From the NCBI GenBank assembly GCA_018372995.1, contig JAHAHX010000001.1:37518-101517 (forward strand): 64,000 nucleotides of DNA, read 5' to 3'. Shown here piece by piece: positions 13,787 to 25,132 of this stretch (position 1 is its first letter; each line of letters starts with the position of its first letter). The position numbers were made by a program, and so were the translations under genes. This DNA is from Haemophilus haemolyticus (GTDB lineage: Bacteria; Pseudomonadota; Gammaproteobacteria; Enterobacterales; Pasteurellaceae). The notes beneath the pieces are model-generated. The model saw only the letters and a program-made list of their open reading frames with translations. It ran no database searches and was not told the origin of the DNA.

Positions 13787-15046
13787 ATGCTATACCCTGA
13801 GTACCCTGAGTACGACAATTTTAACGAGTCCGGCGCACTGATTAAAGTCGTAGGTGTGGGAGGCGGTGGCGGTAATGCCGTCAACCATATGGTTATGAAT
13901 ATGGTAAAACAAGAAATGGGTGGTACCTACTTAGGGGAAAGCACATTAACATCGGAAGAGCATGGTCGCATTATTTTCTATGCAGTAAATACTGATGCAC
14001 AAGCTCTACGTAAAAGCCATGTTCAACAAACTGTACAAATTGGTGGAGAGACGACTAAAGGTTTAGGTGCAGGGGCAAATCCAAATATTGGCCGTAAAGC
14101 AGCGGAAGATGATCAAGAAGAAATCCGTAAAATGCTTGAAGGTGCAGATATGGTCTTTATTGCAGCTGGTATGGGTGGCGGTACAGGTACGGGGGCTGCG
14201 CCTGTTGTAGCGAGAATTGCAAAAGAATTAGGTATTTTAACCGTAGCGGTTGTTACTAAGCCGTTTGCTTTTGAAGGCAAAAAACGTATGCAATTTGCTG
14301 AATTGGGTATTAAAGATTTAGCGCAATATGTTGATTCAATGATTATTATCCCAAATCAACAAATTCAAAAAGTTCTCCCTAAAAACGCTAAATTAATTGA
14401 TGCATTTGCTGCAGCAAACGATGTATTACGTAATTCTGTAATGGGTATTTCAGATATGATTACCTCACCAGGTTTAATCAACGTAGACTTTGCTGATGTA
14501 AGAACTGTTATGTCAGAAATGGGACAAGCAATGATTGGCTTTGGTTCTGCTGTTGGTTCAGCGGGTGAAGGGCGTGCTGAAGAAGCCGCTCGTATTGCCG
14601 TACGTAATGATTTATTAGAGAAAATCGATCTTTCAAATGCAAAAGGTATTTTGGTGAATATCACTGCGGGTATGGATCTTTCTTTCGAAGAATTTAATAT
14701 TGTCGGTGAAACGGTGGGTAGTTTTGCTTCTGAAGATGCGACTGTAGTGATTGGTACCAGCTTAGTGCCTGAAATGACGGATGAAATCCGAGTGACTATT
14801 GTTGCAACAGGATTGGGAGATATCTCAGTTAATGAGCCAATTCAAGTTGTTCGCCCAGTGCGCCAGCCACAAGATGTAAATATTGTGCCAGATATTCGTC
14901 GTCCGGAACCGGTTGAAGAAACTAAAACAGTAGAAGAGGAATATCATCGTCCGCTTGATAAACCTATTACAGATCGTTTAGATATGTTTAAAAACAATGC
15001 TTTCTTTAACCCTGCAGCACAACGTGATGAAAATTCATCAAATTGA
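13787..15046 (+). CDS. ftsZ: Cell division GTPase FtsZ
   Basis: 419 aa with the tubulin signature GGGTGTG and G-box [11 protein letters not shown]. It has an insertion after the first helix and an atypical C-terminal tail relative to E. coli FtsZ. Confidence 0.9.
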   Translation: MLYPEYPEYDNFNESGALIKVVGVGGGGGNAVNHMVMNMVKQEMGGTYLGESTLTSEEHGRIIFYAVNTDAQALRKSHVQQTVQIGGETTKGLGAGANPNIGRKAAEDDQEEIRKMLEGADMVFIAAGMGGGTGTGAAPVVARIAKELGILTVAVVTKPFAFEGKKRMQFAELGIKDLAQYVDSMIIIPNQQIQKVLPKNAKLIDAFAAANDVLRNSVMGISDMITSPGLINVDFADVRTVMSEMGQAMIGFGSAVGSAGEGRAEEAARIAVRNDLLEKIDLSNAKGILVNITAGMDLSFEEFNIVGETVGSFASEDATVVIGTSLVPEMTDEIRVTIVATGLGDISVNEPIQVVRPVRQPQDVNIVPDIRRPEPVEETKTVEEEYHRPLDKPITDRLDMFKNNAFFNPAAQRDENSSN

Positions 15047-15078
15047 TGTAGTATTGCCTGAAATTAAGGGTAAATAAT

Positions 15079-15996
15079 ATGATTAAACAAAGAACATTAA
15101 AACAAAGCATTAAGGTCACTGGTGTAGGCTTGCATAGTGGCAAAAAGGTAACATTAACTTTACGCCCTGCAATGCCAAATACAGGGGTTGTATATTACCG
15201 TACAGATTTAAATCCAGCTGTGGCATTTCCTGCTGATCCTAATTCTGTGCGTGATACTATGCTTTGTACTGCCTTAATAAATGAGCAAGGTGTGCGTATT
15301 TCAACAGTTGAGCATTTAAATGCTGCGCTAGCAGGCCTTGGTATTGATAATATTATTATTGAAGTCGATGCTCCAGAAATTCCTATTATGGATGGTAGTG
15401 CAAGCCCATTTATTTATTTGTTACTGGATGCGGGTATTGAAGAACAAAACGCAGCGAAGAAATTTATTCGTATTAAAGAATATGTACGTGTAGAAGACGG
15501 TGATAAGTGGGCTGAATTTAAGCCTTATAATGGTTTCCGCTTAAATTTCACTATTGATTTTGATCATCCTGCGATTGGTAAAAACGTACGTAATTATGAT
15601 ATGGAATTTTCGGCTCAAGCATTTGTTCATCAAATAAGCCGAGCAAGAACCTTTGGTTTTATGAAAGATATTGAATATCTTCAATCTCAAGGTTTGGCAT
15701 TAGGTGGTAGCCTTGATAATGCCATTGTATTAGATGATTATCGTATTCTTAACGAGGATGGATTACGTTTCAAAGATGAATTAGTACGCCATAAAATGTT
15801 AGATGCGATCGGCGATCTTTACATGGCAGGCTATAATATCATTGGTGATTTCAAAGCTTATAAATCAGGACATGGTTTAAATAATAAATTGCTTCGCGCT
15901 GTTTTAGCTAATCAAGAAGCGTGGGAATTTGTCACCTTTGAAGATAAAACTCAAGTACCGCAAGGATATGTAGCGCCTGTTCAAGTATTGATTTAA
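15079..15996 (+). CDS. lpxC: UDP-3-O-acyl-N-acetylglucosamine deacetylase
   Basis: 305 aa. It is the terminal gene of the dcw cluster, as in E. coli (envA). Confidence 0.9.
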   Translation: MIKQRTLKQSIKVTGVGLHSGKKVTLTLRPAMPNTGVVYYRTDLNPAVAFPADPNSVRDTMLCTALINEQGVRISTVEHLNAALAGLGIDNIIIEVDAPEIPIMDGSASPFIYLLLDAGIEEQNAAKKFIRIKEYVRVEDGDKWAEFKPYNGFRLNFTIDFDHPAIGKNVRNYDMEFSAQAFVHQISRARTFGFMKDIEYLQSQGLALGGSLDNAIVLDDYRILNEDGLRFKDELVRHKMLDAIGDLYMAGYNIIGDFKAYKSGHGLNNKLLRAVLANQEAWEFVTFEDKTQVPQGYVAPVQVLI

Positions 15997-16011
15997 TTCT
16001 TTTTTTGTTGA

Positions 16012-16048
16012 AAAAGCTATATTTCTGATAAGAAGTATAGCTTTTTTA
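16012..16048 (+). terminator. Rho-independent terminator closing the dcw cluster
   Basis: An 8-bp stem aagctata/tatagctt with a 13-nt loop, followed by TTTTT. Confidence 0.7.
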
Positions 16049-16119
16049 TTTAGTAATGCATTTTAATTGTAAAGCGCAAAAGTGCGGTTAATTTCGGGAA
16101 GATTTTATAGGAAAACATT

Positions 16120-17277
16120 ATGGCATTAGAATTATCAGAAATTCGGCAACAAATTACACAAATTGATCGTAGTTTGTTGAAGTTGCTGTCAGAACGTCAT
16201 CGCTTAGCTTTTGATGTTGTAAGAAGCAAAGAAGTCACTCAAAAGGCTTTACGAGATGTTGAGCGTGAACAAGCACTTTTACAAGAATTGATTCAATTTG
16301 CTGAAAATGAAAACTATCAACTTGAGGCTCAATATATCACATCAATTTTTCAAAAAATCATTGAAGATTCAGTATTAACGCAGCAAGTTTACTTACAAAA
16401 TAAATTAAATGAACAGCGTAGCCAAAATTTACATATTGCATTTTTAGGGAAACGTGGATCTTATTCTAATCTTGCGGCAAGGAATTATGCGGCACGTTAC
16501 CAAAAACAATTTATTGAATTAGGCTGTCAATCTTTTGAACAAGTATTTGAAAAAGTACAAAACGGCGAGGCTGATTTTGGTATCCTTCCTTTAGAAAATA
16601 CTACTTCGGGCGCGATTAATGAAGTTTATGATTTACTTCAACATACAGAGCTTTCATTAGTGGGAGAGTTGGCTTATCCAATCAAACATTGTGTATTAGT
16701 CAATGACATGGCAGATTTAAGCCAAATTGATACCTTATATAGCCATCCTCAAGTTATTCAACAATGTAGCCAATTTATTCACAGTCTTGAGCGTGTTCAT
16801 ATTGAATATTGCGAAAGTAGTTCCCATGCTATGCAATTAGTTTCAAGTTTGAATAAACCTAATATCGCGGCATTGGGTAATGAAGATGGTGGAAAATTAT
16901 ATGGTTTGAATGTCCTGAAAACGAATATTGCTAATCAAGAAAATAATATTACACGTTTTATTGTGGTTGCTAAAACACCTCGAGAGGTTTCTTCTCAGAT
17001 CCCAACAAAAACCTTACTGTTGATGACGACTTCACAACAGGTGGGATCATTAGTCGATGCCTTATTGGTATTTAAAAAACATCACATTAATATGACAAAA
17101 TTAGAATCTCGCCCAATCTATGGTAAACCATGGGAAGAAATGTTCTATTTAGAAATTGAGGCGAATATTCATCATCCAGATACGCAACAAGCCTTGGAAG
17201 AGCTGAAAAATTATAGTAATTATTTAAAGATTTTAGGGTGCTATCCGAGCGAAATTGTTAAGCCTGTGAAAATATAG
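16120..17277 (+). CDS. pheA: Bifunctional chorismate mutase / prephenate dehydratase (P-protein)
   Basis: 385 aa with an N-terminal chorismate mutase region, a prephenate dehydratase domain and a C-terminal ACT region. Confidence 0.88.
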   Translation: MALELSEIRQQITQIDRSLLKLLSERHRLAFDVVRSKEVTQKALRDVEREQALLQELIQFAENENYQLEAQYITSIFQKIIEDSVLTQQVYLQNKLNEQRSQNLHIAFLGKRGSYSNLAARNYAARYQKQFIELGCQSFEQVFEKVQNGEADFGILPLENTTSGAINEVYDLLQHTELSLVGELAYPIKHCVLVNDMADLSQIDTLYSHPQVIQQCSQFIHSLERVHIEYCESSSHAMQLVSSLNKPNIAALGNEDGGKLYGLNVLKTNIANQENNITRFIVVAKTPREVSSQIPTKTLLLMTTSQQVGSLVDALLVFKKHHINMTKLESRPIYGKPWEEMFYLEIEANIHHPDTQQALEELKNYSNYLKILGCYPSEIVKPVKI

Positions 17278-17280
17278 GAA

Positions 17281-17320
17281 AAAGTGCGGTAATAAAATAC
17301 TATTTTATTACCGCACTTTC
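17281..17320 (+). terminator. Terminator formed by an inverted pair of uptake signal sequences
   Basis: aaagtgcggtaataaaata / tattttattaccgcacttt, a 19-bp inverted repeat containing USS AAGTGCGGT in both orientations. Confidence 0.7.
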
Positions 17321-17345
17321 GTTATAAATAGATTTTTTATTACAT

Positions 17346-17375
17346 AAAAAGGCGAATCATTTGATTCGCCTTTTA
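17346..17375 (-). terminator. Terminator of ompP2 (bidirectional hairpin)
   Basis: A ggcgaatc/gattcgcc stem flanked by an A-run and a T-run, immediately downstream of the ompP2 stop on the minus strand. Confidence 0.65.
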
Positions 17376-17398
17376 TACAGTAGTTTTTAATCAACTAA

Positions 17399-18481
17399 TT
17401 AGAAGTATACACGGATACCTACGCCAATAGCTTTATCTTTAACTTTGCTATCGTCTACGTATTTACCATCTTCGTCATAAGATTTAGTAACTTGATATTT
17501 ACCTTCTAAGTAGGTTACTACTTGTTTATGAAGTTTATAGTCAATACCTAGTAAGAAACCGTGTTGTTTATCTTTAGAACTATCTGTGTTTTTAACTTGT
17601 TCATATTTATAGTTACCATATACTTTACTTAAGTCAGTAATTTGATATTGGAAACCTGGTGATACAAAGAAACGAGTTTCTTTTTTATCGGTATCTTTAA
17701 ATTTGGTTTTTGCGTAACCACCATCCACAGAAAGAGTTACATCATTGAACTCATAACCTAAGCTAGCAACAACGCCATCTCTATGTTCTTTAGTTTCTGT
17801 ATTGCCAGTTTTGTAATTTGTTCTACCAAACACAGTTTTAGCAATTATGCCATCTTTTTCATATAAAGCACCAAATTGGTTTGAGTTTTGAACAGAACCT
17901 TCAATTACTTCATTATCATCTTTGCGTTGTTCTGCAAATTGGTAACCAACCCCTAATTGTAAACCTTCAATACCATAGTAGTCGTAACGAACAACAGATT
18001 TTCCTTCTTTTGATACGTAATCACCTTGTTCAATTAGACCGTATGTTTTGTCTTCTGCTGTCACTACGTCATCAACAATAGTTACTTGACGACCAAAAGT
18101 TACTTGACCAAATTCTTTGTGGCCTAAACCAACATAAGCACGTTTCGTAGTTAAATTACCAAAACCATCGTTGTCTTTCTTTTTAAGACCTTTTTCATCA
18201 CCATCAAAACGTACTTCAGTACGTGCTAATGCGTAATAGCCATCACCTAAATCATGACGTGCTTTAATTTCAAAACGAGAACCATCATTTTTCAATCCTG
18301 AATGAGTATGACGTTTTAAGTTCCCTGATTTATTAATACCATCTTGGTTAGATTTTTCTAAGTTGATACGTAAAGAACCGTTTAATTCAACTTTAGTACC
18401 TTCATTATTATAGATTACTGTCGCGTTCGCCGCTGAAGCTGCAAATGCACCAATGATTAATGCTGCAAGTGTTTTTTTCAT
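17399..18481 (-). CDS. ompP2: Major outer membrane porin P2
   Basis: 360 aa with signal peptide MKKTLAALIIGAFAASAANA and C-terminal ...GVGIRVYF. It is clearly related to, but diverged from, H. influenzae P2. Confidence 0.88.
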   Translation of the reverse strand: MKKTLAALIIGAFAASAANATVIYNNEGTKVELNGSLRINLEKSNQDGINKSGNLKRHTHSGLKNDGSRFEIKARHDLGDGYYALARTEVRFDGDEKGLKKKDNDGFGNLTTKRAYVGLGHKEFGQVTFGRQVTIVDDVVTAEDKTYGLIEQGDYVSKEGKSVVRYDYYGIEGLQLGVGYQFAEQRKDDNEVIEGSVQNSNQFGALYEKDGIIAKTVFGRTNYKTGNTETKEHRDGVVASLGYEFNDVTLSVDGGYAKTKFKDTDKKETRFFVSPGFQYQITDLSKVYGNYKYEQVKNTDSSKDKQHGFLLGIDYKLHKQVVTYLEGKYQVTKSYDEDGKYVDDSKVKDKAIGVGIRVYF

Positions 18482-18735
18482 AATTTGTATTCCTTATGGT
18501 TGTTTTACTATCTATGATTGAACTTTTTCCTTATATGGCAGTCCAACCGCCTAAATAGACGTGCAAATCATTGCAAATTCCATTTTTTGTGTCAATCACT
18601 CCTATAGGCTTAATTTCCAAAAATCTGATCAGGATCACATTTTTCATCTATTTTTGTTTATTTTGTGTTCAGGTGAATGCTTTCGTAATCGTTTGCTTAA
18701 GTAAAGTGCTATAAAAATACATCGAAGCTGTGTAT

Positions 18736-19206
18736 TTATATTGAGGTTTCAAAATATCCTTCATCTTCCAATATTGGGTTTTCAGCCCCTTTTTTGGCTA
18801 ATTCATCACAGATTTCATTTTCACGATGTCCCGCATGGCCTTTTACCCATTGCCAACTGATTTGATGATGTTGAATGGCTTCATTCAGCGCTTGCCATAA
18901 GTCTTGATTTTTTACAGGTTTGCCTTGACTTGATTTCCAATTATTTTTTTTCCAATTGAAAATCCATTTTGTGATCCCGTTTTTCATATATTGGCTATCA
19001 CTGTAAAGTGTGATTTGGCAGGGCTCTTTTAAAATATTCAGTGCCTCAATGACAGCACGAAGTTCCATTCGATTATTTGTAGTTTTGAAGTAGCCTTTGG
19101 AAATGGTTTTTTCATGTTGCTTATAGCGTAAGACAATGCCAATTCCTCCCGGGCCAGGATTGCCCAAGCAGGAACCGTCAGTAAAAATTTCAATCTGTTT
19201 TTGCAT
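18736..19206 (-). CDS. rnhA: Ribonuclease HI
   Basis: The listed ORF extends to 19323. The likely start is the ATG at 19206 ([21 protein letters not shown]), giving 156 aa. Confidence 0.85.
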   Translation of the reverse strand: MQKQIEIFTDGSCLGNPGPGGIGIVLRYKQHEKTISKGYFKTTNNRMELRAVIEALNILKEPCQITLYSDSQYMKNGITKWIFNWKKNNWKSSQGKPVKNQDLWQALNEAIQHHQISWQWVKGHAGHRENEICDELAKKGAENPILEDEGYFETSI

Positions 19207-19266
19207 AACAAAAGGGTTGTTGTGTAAAATGGCCCTCATTTTAAAGGAAAGAAATAGGTTGAACAA

Positions 19267-20037
19267 ATGGTTAATCCAAATCGCCAAATTGTACTGGATA
19301 CCGAGACAACGGGGATGAATCAATTAGGGGCGCATTATGAAGGACATTGTATTATTGAAATTGGTGCGGTAGAAATGATTAATCGTCGTTATACTGGCAA
19401 TAATTTTCACTTTTATATTAAGCCTGATCGTCCAGTTGATCCTGAAGCAATTAAAGTTCATGGCATTACAGATGAAATGTTGGCAGATAAACCCTCATTT
19501 AATGAGATTGCACAGCCATTTTTGGATTATATTAAAGGCGCAGAATTATTGATTCATAATGCGCCCTTTGATGTGGGGTTTATGGATTATGAGTTTCGTA
19601 AGTTGAATCTTAATGTGAAAACTGATGAAATTTGCTTAGTCACAGATACGCTACAGATGGCGCGTCAAATGTATCCAGGCAAGCGTAATAGCTTAGATGC
19701 ACTTTGTGACCGTTTGAATATTGATAATAGTAAACGTACGCTACACGGGGCGTTGCTAGATGCTGAAATTTTAGCTGATGTTTATTTGGCAATGACAGGC
19801 GGTCAAACCAGTTTGTTTGATGAAAATGATGTGAATGAATCACATTTTATTCGAACCATGTCAGGTAATAAAGATTCAGCTTTACGAAGTGCGGTGAATG
19901 TTTCGCATAATTTGAAAGTATTACAACCGAGTGAAGATGAATTATTGGCGCATTTAGAATTTATTAAAATGATTAATAAAAAAAGCGGTGATAATTGTTT
20001 ATGGGATAAACGTTTAGACAAAGAGGGTATTCACTAA
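19267..20037 (+). CDS. dnaQ: DNA polymerase III epsilon subunit (3'-5' proofreading exonuclease)
   Basis: 256 aa with Exo I motif LDTETTG. It is divergent from rnhA, the conserved rnhA-dnaQ arrangement. Confidence 0.9.
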   Translation: MVNPNRQIVLDTETTGMNQLGAHYEGHCIIEIGAVEMINRRYTGNNFHFYIKPDRPVDPEAIKVHGITDEMLADKPSFNEIAQPFLDYIKGAELLIHNAPFDVGFMDYEFRKLNLNVKTDEICLVTDTLQMARQMYPGKRNSLDALCDRLNIDNSKRTLHGALLDAEILADVYLAMTGGQTSLFDENDVNESHFIRTMSGNKDSALRSAVNVSHNLKVLQPSEDELLAHLEFIKMINKKSGDNCLWDKRLDKEGIH

Positions 20038-20081
20038 TCGTTTAGGATTTAATCATACAATAAAAAAATTATAAAAAAAGA

Positions 20082-20110
20082 TTGACGAGATTTATGTTCG
20101 TCATTATGAT
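20082..20110 (+). promoter_or_regulatory. Near-consensus sigma70 promoter for the tRNA-Asp operon
   Basis: -35 TTGACG (20082-87), a 17-nt spacer, -10 TATGAT (20105-10). There is an AT-rich UP-like tract upstream and a GC-rich discriminator (acgcacc) downstream. Confidence 0.6.
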
Positions 20111-20124
20111 ACGCACCACTTAGC

Positions 20125-20201
20125 GGAGTGGTAGTTCAGCTGGTTAGAATACCTGCCTGTCACGCAGGGGGTCGCGGGTTCGAGTCCCGTCCATTCCGCC
20201 A
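20125..20201 (+). tRNA. tRNA-Asp (GTC)
   Basis: A 77-nt cloverleaf, GGAGTGGTAGTTCAGCTGGTTAGAATACCTGCCTGTCACGCAGGGGGTCGCGGGTTCGAGTCCCGTCCATTCCGCCA, with anticodon GUC and an encoded CCA. Confidence 0.93.
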
Positions 20202-20224
20202 ATTTAAAATTAATATCTTATCTC

Positions 20225-20301
20225 GGAGTGGTAGTTCAGCTGGTTAGAATACCTGCCTGTCACGCAGGGGGTCGCGGGTTCGAGTCCCGTCCATTCCGCC
20301 A
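20225..20301 (+). tRNA. tRNA-Asp (GTC), second identical copy
   Basis: An identical 77-nt sequence exactly 100 bp downstream of copy 1. Confidence 0.93.
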
Positions 20302-20319
20302 ATTAAGATAAATAAAGAT

Positions 20320-20342
20320 AGCACCTAAGGGTGCTTTTTTTG
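20320..20342 (+). terminator. Terminator of the tRNA-Asp operon
   Basis: agcacc-taag-ggtgct hairpin followed by TTTTTTT. Confidence 0.7.
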
Positions 20343-20398
20343 TATGTGAAATTTGCTTCATCCTTGACAAAAATAAAGTAAACTTTTAAGATTTGAAG

Positions 20399-20642
20399 AA
20401 CTAGGGATCTGTCACTCCCTAGTATGTCGTGTTATTAGTAAGCCGGTAAACTCACTAATAATAGTAGTACGACAAGGATAATGAGTTTAATCATTTTCTT
20501 ATCCTCTTCAAACGTTGCGAAAAAGCGCAACACTCGCTTTCAAGCTGAATCCTTGAAAGCGAGATTATTATAACGTATAAGTTATATATAAATAAACAGT
20601 GTTTAGAAAGCCATAGAATTGTATCCTGTGGCTTTTTCTTTT
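20399..20642 (+). ncRNA. Putative small RNA / structured leader, delimited by a promoter and a terminator (unassigned)
   Basis: The candidate promoter is TTGACA (20364-69), a 17-nt spacer and TAAGAT (20387-92). Four strong hairpins follow: ctaggga..tccctag; ttattagt..actaataa nested in gtcgt..acgac; gttgcg-aaaaag-cgcaac; ctcgctttcaag-ctgaatc-cttgaaagcgag. A terminator agccatag..cctgtggct plus TTTTCTTTT lies at 20609-20642. No convincing long ORF is present. Confidence 0.35.
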
Positions 20643-20721
20643 CCTTGTTGAAATCATTTTTTACCAATCCTTTAACTTCCGATATAATGGCCGTCATTTT
20701 TGACAAAATAAGAGATTTTTT

Positions 20722-22233
20722 ATGGCAACTCCAGTTGTGGCCCTTGTTGGTCGCCCGAATGTGGGAAAATCCACATTATTTAATCGCCTTACTCGTACAA
20801 GAGATGCGTTAGTCGCTGATTTTCCTGGTCTAACTCGTGATAGAAAATACGGCCATGCTCATATTGCTGGCTATGAGTTTATTGTTATTGATACTGGCGG
20901 TATTGATGGAACAGAAGAGGGCGTAGAAGAAAAAATGGCGGAGCAATCTTTGCTTGCTATTGATGAAGCCGATATTGTTCTTTTCCTTGTGGATGCTAGA
21001 GCGGGTTTAACTGCAGCTGATATTGGTATTGCTAATTACTTACGTCAACGTCAAAACAAAACGACGATTGTGGTGGCAAATAAAACCGATGGTATTGATG
21101 CGGATTCTCATTGTGCTGAATTTTATCAATTAGGCTTAGGGGAAATTGAGCAAATCGCTGCTTCACAAGGTCGTGGTGTCACTCAGTTAATGGAACAAGT
21201 TCTTGCGCCTTTTGCGGAACAAATGGAAAACTCCGATGAAAATGACCGTACTTCTGAGGAAGAACAAGACGAATGGGAACAAGAATTCGATTTTGATTCA
21301 GAAGAAGATACAGCCTTACTTGATGAGGCGTTAGAGGAATCGGAAGAAGAGCAAGATAAAAATATTAAGATTGCCATTGTTGGCCGCCCAAATGTGGGTA
21401 AATCCACCTTAACCAATCGTATTTTAGGTGAAGATCGTGTGGTGGTTTACGATATGCCGGGCACGACACGCGACAGTATTTATATTCCAATGGAGCGTGA
21501 TGGGCAGCAATATACGTTGATTGATACGGCTGGTGTGCGTAAACGCGGTAAGGTGCATTTAGCTGTGGAAAAATTCTCCGTGATTAAAACCTTGCAAGCG
21601 ATTCAAGATGCTAATGTTGTATTACTGACTATTGATGCGAGAGAGAACATTTCTGATCAGGATTTATCTTTACTCGGCTTTATTTTAAATTCAGGTCGTT
21701 CTTTAGTGATCGTCGTGAATAAATGGGATGGTTTAGATCAAGATGTGAAAGACCGCGTTAAATCTGAACTTGACCGTCGTTTAGATTTTATTGATTTTGC
21801 TCGTGTGCATTTTATTTCCGCATTGCATGGTAGTGGTGTGGGTAATCTTTTTGATTCGATTAAAGAAGCCTATGCTTGTGCGACTCAGAAAATGACGACC
21901 TCGCTTTTAACTCGTATTTTGCAAATGGCAACCGATGAGCACCAACCTCCGATGATTGGCGGTCGTCGAATTAAATTAAAATATGCCCATCCGGGTGGTT
22001 ATAATCCGCCGATTATCGTGGTTCACGGTAACCAAATGGATAAATTACCCGATTCTTATAAACGTTATTTATCTAATTATTATCGTAAGAGTTTGAAAAT
22101 TATTGGCTCACCAATTCGTCTTCTTTTCCAAGAAGGTTCGAACCCATTTGCAGGGCGTAAAAATAAACTTACTCCAAACCAATTGCGTAAGCGTAAACGT
22201 TTGATGAAGTTTATTAAGAAAGCGAAACGTTAA
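20722..22233 (+). CDS. der: Ribosome-assembly GTPase Der (EngA), tandem GTPase domains
   Basis: 503 aa with two G domains (GRPNVGKST at both 20-750 and 21380 regions) separated by an acidic linker, plus a C-terminal KH-like domain. Confidence 0.9.
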   Translation: MATPVVALVGRPNVGKSTLFNRLTRTRDALVADFPGLTRDRKYGHAHIAGYEFIVIDTGGIDGTEEGVEEKMAEQSLLAIDEADIVLFLVDARAGLTAADIGIANYLRQRQNKTTIVVANKTDGIDADSHCAEFYQLGLGEIEQIAASQGRGVTQLMEQVLAPFAEQMENSDENDRTSEEEQDEWEQEFDFDSEEDTALLDEALEESEEEQDKNIKIAIVGRPNVGKSTLTNRILGEDRVVVYDMPGTTRDSIYIPMERDGQQYTLIDTAGVRKRGKVHLAVEKFSVIKTLQAIQDANVVLLTIDARENISDQDLSLLGFILNSGRSLVIVVNKWDGLDQDVKDRVKSELDRRLDFIDFARVHFISALHGSGVGNLFDSIKEAYACATQKMTTSLLTRILQMATDEHQPPMIGGRRIKLKYAHPGGYNPPIIVVHGNQMDKLPDSYKRYLSNYYRKSLKIIGSPIRLLFQEGSNPFAGRKNKLTPNQLRKRKRLMKFIKKAKR

Positions 22234-22281
22234 AAACAAGTGCGGTCAAAATTCATTATAAATTTTGACCGCACTTGTTTG
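22233..22281 (+). terminator. Terminator formed by an inverted USS pair
   Basis: A 19-bp perfect inverted repeat, aaacaagtgcggtcaaaat / attttgaccgcacttgttt. Confidence 0.7.
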
Positions 22282-22288
22282 ATGAGCA

Positions 22289-22828
22289 TTACTCTTCTAA
22301 AACCACTTTGCCAATATAGCCTAAATTACGGTGATGTTGTGCATAATCGATACCATATCCCACCACAAATTCATCTGGAATTTCAAAACCTATCCATTCT
22401 ACCGGCACCTCAACCTCGCGACGAGAGGGTTTATCAAGCAAGGTACAGATAGCAAGACTTGCAGGATCACGTAAATTCAAAATATCACGTACTTTTTCAA
22501 GCGTGTAACCCGTGTCAATAATATCTTCTATGATTAATACGTGTTTACCTTTAATATCGCCATCAAGATCTTTTGTGATACGCACATCATGATTTGTTGT
22601 CATCCCTGTTCCATAACTGGAAGTAGTCATAAACTCAATTTCTACAGGTAAATGAATGTGGCGTACAATATCAGCCATAAACATAAATGAGCCACGTAAA
22701 AGTCCGATAACAACAAGGTTATTGACTTGTTTTTCTTGATAATGTTTTGTTATTTCGGCCCCAAGCTCTGCAATACGAGAGTGAACATCGCTTTCTGCAA
22801 TTAAAACATCAACATGGTGTTTTTTCAT
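22289..22828 (-). CDS. hpt: Hypoxanthine phosphoribosyltransferase
   Basis: 179 aa with the PRPP-binding motif [13 protein letters not shown]. Confidence 0.88.
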   Translation of the reverse strand: MKKHHVDVLIAESDVHSRIAELGAEITKHYQEKQVNNLVVIGLLRGSFMFMADIVRHIHLPVEIEFMTTSSYGTGMTTNHDVRITKDLDGDIKGKHVLIIEDIIDTGYTLEKVRDILNLRDPASLAICTLLDKPSRREVEVPVEWIGFEIPDEFVVGYGIDYAQHHRNLGYIGKVVLEE

Positions 22829-22995
22829 AAAATGTCCTTGTGAATTTAAAAGGAATGTAATCGTTTGCCATTCTACAAAAAAATTGATCGTTATGCCATG
22901 TGTATCAGAATTTCTCGCTGAGTGTTATTCCATATTTCAATATAAATAACTTGAATTCTTTTAAGATAGATTTAGAGATGGAAGATGAAATATAA

Positions 22996-23028
22996 AAAAG
23001 GCTGAAGATTAATCTTCAGCCTTTTGAA
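22996..23028 (-). terminator. Bidirectional hairpin terminator downstream of pmbA
   Basis: aaaaaaggctgaagattaatcttcagccttttg, a 10-bp stem flanked by an A-run and a T-run. Confidence 0.65.
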
Positions 23029-23151
23029 CCCTAACGAATTTACTTTCTACTCTACCTGTTGGAGCAACCTGCAATCGCTTAACAGATGGCAGGTATCTTA
23101 TCAGAATTTTAATTTCTGTCAATAAGAATAATTATCAATATTAAATATTTT

Positions 23152-24507
23152 TTAATTTCCAGAAATTTTCATCTTTTCTAATAAAATTGAGCCGGTTTGT
23201 ATGTTTGAACGATGTTCTATATCATCTGATACAGCAACAATGTTTTTCAACATATCTTGTAATTGACCTGCAATTGTAATTTCAGCGACAGGGTACTGAA
23301 TTTCACCGTTTTCAACCCAGAATCCTGATGCGCCTCGAGAATAATCACCAGTCACAAGGTTTACTCCTTGTCCCATAACATCCGTTACTAATAGACCTCT
23401 ATCCATTTTACGTAAGAGTGCGGTTAATCCTCCCGTTAAATTTGGTTGAATAAGCCAATTGTGAATCCCGCCTGCATGACCTGTGCTTGGCATTCCGAGT
23501 TTTTTTCCACTGTAACTGGTCAATAAATAGGTTTGTAATATACCATTCTCAACAATTTCACGATTTTGTGTGCGGACTCCTTCGCTATCAAAAGGCGTTG
23601 AAGCAAGTGCACGTAATAAATGGGGGCGTTCGCTGATATTAAACCATTCAGGTAAGACGGATGTTCCTAGTCTATCAAGTAAAAAACTTGATTTTCGGTA
23701 TAAACTACCGCCACTTATTGATGCCGCTAAATGCGAAATAATACTAGTTGCAACATCATTTAAAAAAATGACGGGTACTTCACATGTATTAAGCTTTTGT
23801 GGGTTTAGGCGTGAAACTACTTTTCTCGCGCAAGTTTCACCGACCCAAGTCGGTGATTGAAGTCGATCAAACTCACGGGAAATTGTATATTCGTAGTCAT
23901 TTTCTAATGCACCTTCTACGCCCCCAATGACTGAGCAAGATAATGAATAGCGACTAGATAAATAGCTTTGTAACATACCGTAGGTATTACCATATACTTT
24001 TACACCTGTGTGAGAATTAAAGCTTGCACCATTGCTATTTACGATTCGTTTATCTGCTTCAAGAGCAGATTTTTCTGTACGGAGAGCAAGTTCTGTTGCT
24101 TTTTCTACATCAATATTAGCAGGATGGTAAAGTGCTAAGTCAGGCGCATCAAAGGCCATTAATTGCTCATCAGCAAGTCCTGTACAATCATCGGGTGATG
24201 TATATTTTGCGATAGAAAGTGCCGCTTCTACAGTATTTTTAATGGCATTTTCACTTAAATCAGAGGTAGAAGCATTACCTTTTTGTTGTCCTAAATAAAC
24301 GGAAATACCTAGTGCTCCATCATTGGTAAATTCCACATTTTCAATATCTTGCAATCGTGTTGAAACAGATAAGCCGCTTACTTTGGTTACAGCCACCTCT
24401 GCACTGGCTCCAGCTTTTTGGGCTAATTCAACTGCAAAACTAACAGCGTGACGTAATCCTTGCTCCTGCGCTTTTAAAAGTGCGGTTTGATTTTCGGGTG
24501 CTTTCAT
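23152..24507 (-). CDS. pmbA: Metalloprotease PmbA (TldE)
   Basis: 451 aa of the TldD/PmbA family. It is divergent from yjgA, as in E. coli. Confidence 0.88.
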   Translation of the reverse strand: MKAPENQTALLKAQEQGLRHAVSFAVELAQKAGASAEVAVTKVSGLSVSTRLQDIENVEFTNDGALGISVYLGQQKGNASTSDLSENAIKNTVEAALSIAKYTSPDDCTGLADEQLMAFDAPDLALYHPANIDVEKATELALRTEKSALEADKRIVNSNGASFNSHTGVKVYGNTYGMLQSYLSSRYSLSCSVIGGVEGALENDYEYTISREFDRLQSPTWVGETCARKVVSRLNPQKLNTCEVPVIFLNDVATSIISHLAASISGGSLYRKSSFLLDRLGTSVLPEWFNISERPHLLRALASTPFDSEGVRTQNREIVENGILQTYLLTSYSGKKLGMPSTGHAGGIHNWLIQPNLTGGLTALLRKMDRGLLVTDVMGQGVNLVTGDYSRGASGFWVENGEIQYPVAEITIAGQLQDMLKNIVAVSDDIEHRSNIQTGSILLEKMKISGN

Positions 24508-24565
24508 TGTTTTTTCCTGTTAAAAATTTGCAACATTTTATCTTATTTTCAAAGTTTATGGTAAA

Positions 24566-25132
24566 ATGCGCCCCAATTTTTATAAAGGACAAAAAATGGC
24601 GAAACGTAAGAAAAAAGAAGCTTTTGATTGGGGAGATGAGGCGCAAGAAGAAATTATTTGGGTAAGTAAAAGTGAAATTAAGCGAGATGCGGAAGATTTA
24701 AAGCAACTTGGCGAAAAAATTGTGAATTTAACCAAAGCAAATTTAGCTAAAATTCCCCTTGATGAATCTTTGCTTGATGCCATTGAGCTTGCTCAGCGTT
24801 TACAAAAAGAGGCGCGCCGTCGTCAGTTACAATATATTGGAAAATTATTTCGTGGTATTGATATTGCCCCAATTCGTGAAGCGTTAGATAAAATCGAAAA
24901 TAAGCATAATCAGCAGCAAGCGATGTTACATAAAATTGAAAAAATTCGTGATGAGTTGATCGAAAATGGTGATATAGCATTGACGAATTTATTAAATAAT
25001 TATCCAGAAGCTGATCGCCAGAAATTACGTAATTTGATTCGTTCTGCACAGAAAGAGCGGGAACAAAATAAACCTTCGAAAGCATATCGAGATATTTATC
25101 AAATGCTGAAATCATTGATGCTGGAAGATTAG
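24566..25132 (+). CDS. yjgA: Ribosome-associated protein YjgA/DarP (DUF615)
   Basis: 188 aa, basic/acidic and helical, with [17 protein letters not shown] matching the E. coli YjgA N-terminal region. An alternative start lies at ATG 24596 (MAKRKKKE). Confidence 0.75.
   Translation: MRPNFYKGQKMAKRKKKEAFDWGDEAQEEIIWVSKSEIKRDAEDLKQLGEKIVNLTKANLAKIPLDESLLDAIELAQRLQKEARRRQLQYIGKLFRGIDIAPIREALDKIENKHNQQQAMLHKIEKIRDELIENGDIALTNLLNNYPEADRQKLRNLIRSAQKEREQNKPSKAYRDIYQMLKSLMLED

Noticed and set aside
239..19843. Listed antisense or alternative-frame ORFs of 60-120 aa embedded in the first third of the window (dcw genes, ompP2, rnhA, dnaQ), e.g. 239..523, 3162..3377, 6010..6372, 14365..14664, 17881..18081, 19640..19843
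   Set aside because: Each is fully contained in a well-supported conserved gene on the other strand or in another frame. None has an RBS or recognisable motifs.
20491..20706. 71-aa minus-strand ORF in the tRNA-Asp/der intergenic region
   Set aside because: It has no RBS, a low-complexity sequence, and it runs antisense through the hairpin-rich putative sRNA and the der promoter.
21183..21416. 77-aa Ser-rich minus-strand ORF inside der
   Set aside because: It is antisense to the Glu/Asp-rich linker of Der. The low-complexity Ser run is just the complement of GAA/GAT codons.
23027..23151. Possible structured RNA in the 125-nt pmbA 3' UTR
   Set aside because: It has only weak, imperfect inverted repeats (acctg...caggt) and no promoter. 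It is most simply a 3' UTR upstream of the bidirectional terminator.
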